Of a stretch of 64,000 nt of DNA, positions 62,856 to 64,000 are shown piece after piece. The position numbers were made by a program, and so were the translations under genes. The notes beneath the pieces were generated by a model. The model saw only the letters and a program-made list of their open reading frames with translations. It did no database searches and had not been told where the DNA came from. How positions within the stretch are numbered: position 1 is the stretch's first letter; each line of letters begins with the position of its first letter. The DNA comes from Carcharhinus amblyrhynchos (lineage: Eukaryota), in assembly GCA_965287045.1 (NCBI GenBank), contig OZ336893.1:3348001-3412000 (forward strand). The letters run 5' to 3'.

Positions 62856-63486
62856 TTCATTTCATGAGCTCTGTCACAAAATACACAAACTGAATTGTAG
62901 CTGTTCTCTGATCTACACTGTGGGCAAGAATTTCTAATTCGATTATGCAATTCACCTCACATTAATGTAACGTGTGCAACATATTGTGGAATTTTAAATG
63001 CATATTGCATTCAGCATAACTTGAGCTCTGTTGTGCAACCTTAAACCTTTGCATACTAGAAGCTGCCTCCACCCATAAAATTGAAGATGTCCCGAGGTTG
63101 ACTTAATCACCATTATGAGTTTCTGCAAAGTGTTGTTTGTAGATCTTCATGGAGACTGCAGATATTAAGCTTATTCTTTTGGGCACAGGGATGATAAAAA
63201 GGGGACATTTTAAAAGCTTTTGAATGTAAATTTACATTTAATAAAATGACTATTGCACCACAGTATGACTAGCAAACGGTTTTGAAGATGCTTTAGAAAT
63301 TAGGTTACTTACAAGTGGTGGATTGACATTGAATAATTAATCCTTTTCTTATATAAACCGATTTTCAGTTGGATTAATCAATCTATACAAAGATCCATTT
63401 CTATAGATATGAAAGAATGTACTTGAAAGCAATTTGCTTAAAAAAGCTATGTTTAAAATGCTGCCCAATTTGTGCTGGTTGATGGC

Positions 63487-64000
63487 ACATAAGAACATAA
63501 GAAATAGGAGCAGGAGTAGGCCATCTAGCCCTTCGAGCCTGCCCCGCCATTCAATAAGATCATAGCTGATCTGTCGTGGCTCAGTTCCACATTCCCGCCC
63601 TCTCCCCATAACCCTTAATCCCCTCGCTTATCAAAAACCCATCAACCCGCGTCTTAAAAATATTTAGCGAGGCAGCCTCCCCCACTTCAATGGGCAGAGA
63701 ATTCCAGAGATTCACCACCCTTTGAGTGAAGAAGTTCCTCCTCAACTCCGTTCTAAACCGCCCCCCTTTATCTTGAGGCTGTGCCCCCTAGTCCTACTGT
63801 CCTTTCTGAGCAGGAAGAGTCTCTCCACCTCTATCCTATCCATCCCATTCATCATCTTATACGTCTCAATGAGATCTCCCCTCATTCTTCTAAACTCTAA
63901 CGAGTACAAGCCTAGTTTATTCAGCCTCTCCTCATAGCTCAACCCCCTCAACTCCGGTATCAGCCTAGTAAACCTCCTCTGCACTCCCTCCAAGGCCAAA
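63487..64000 (-). mobile_element. Young CR1 (family A), runs off the window end
   Basis: ORF 63742-63999 is near-identical to 7820-8761 and 21019-21483. Confidence 0.95.

Noticed and set aside
47349-64000. Search for the preceding ADGRB exon (TM3-ICL2, FLHFFFL...RKRFLCLGW)
   Set aside because: Not found by eye; presumably lies beyond the right edge of the window.

Overview
Eukaryotic, repeat-dense vertebrate DNA, almost certainly from a shark or other elasmobranch (HE1/V-SINEs, HER1-type CR1 LINEs). The window lies inside a large minus-strand gene encoding a brain-specific angiogenesis inhibitor adhesion GPCR, best matching ADGRB2/BAI2. Four short coding exons that the ORF track misses were found by hand: 47279-47348, 27176-27242, 25666-25751 and 5721-5819. 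They have GT-AG borders and compatible phases, and splice into the TM4-ECL2-TM5-ICL3 segment [108 protein letters not shown]. The rest is intron filled with young and old CR1 LINEs (often nested), V-SINEs with two different tails, L2, Rex1, Penelope-like elements, a Gypsy pol remnant, a solo LTR, two Harbinger/PIF transposons, MITEs and a 36-bp minisatellite. The most notable items are: (1) a palindromic Penelope-type element with a 17-bp TSD and hammerhead-ribozyme cores on both arms, about 60 nt from a splice donor; (2) mosaic paralog affinities of the ADGRB exons and a skippable CxxC cassette exon in ICL3; (3) inverted CR1 pairs bracketing exons; (4) several locally templated duplications. 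No prokaryotic systems or CRISPR arrays. Repeat boundaries are approximate and family names come from recognition, not database search.
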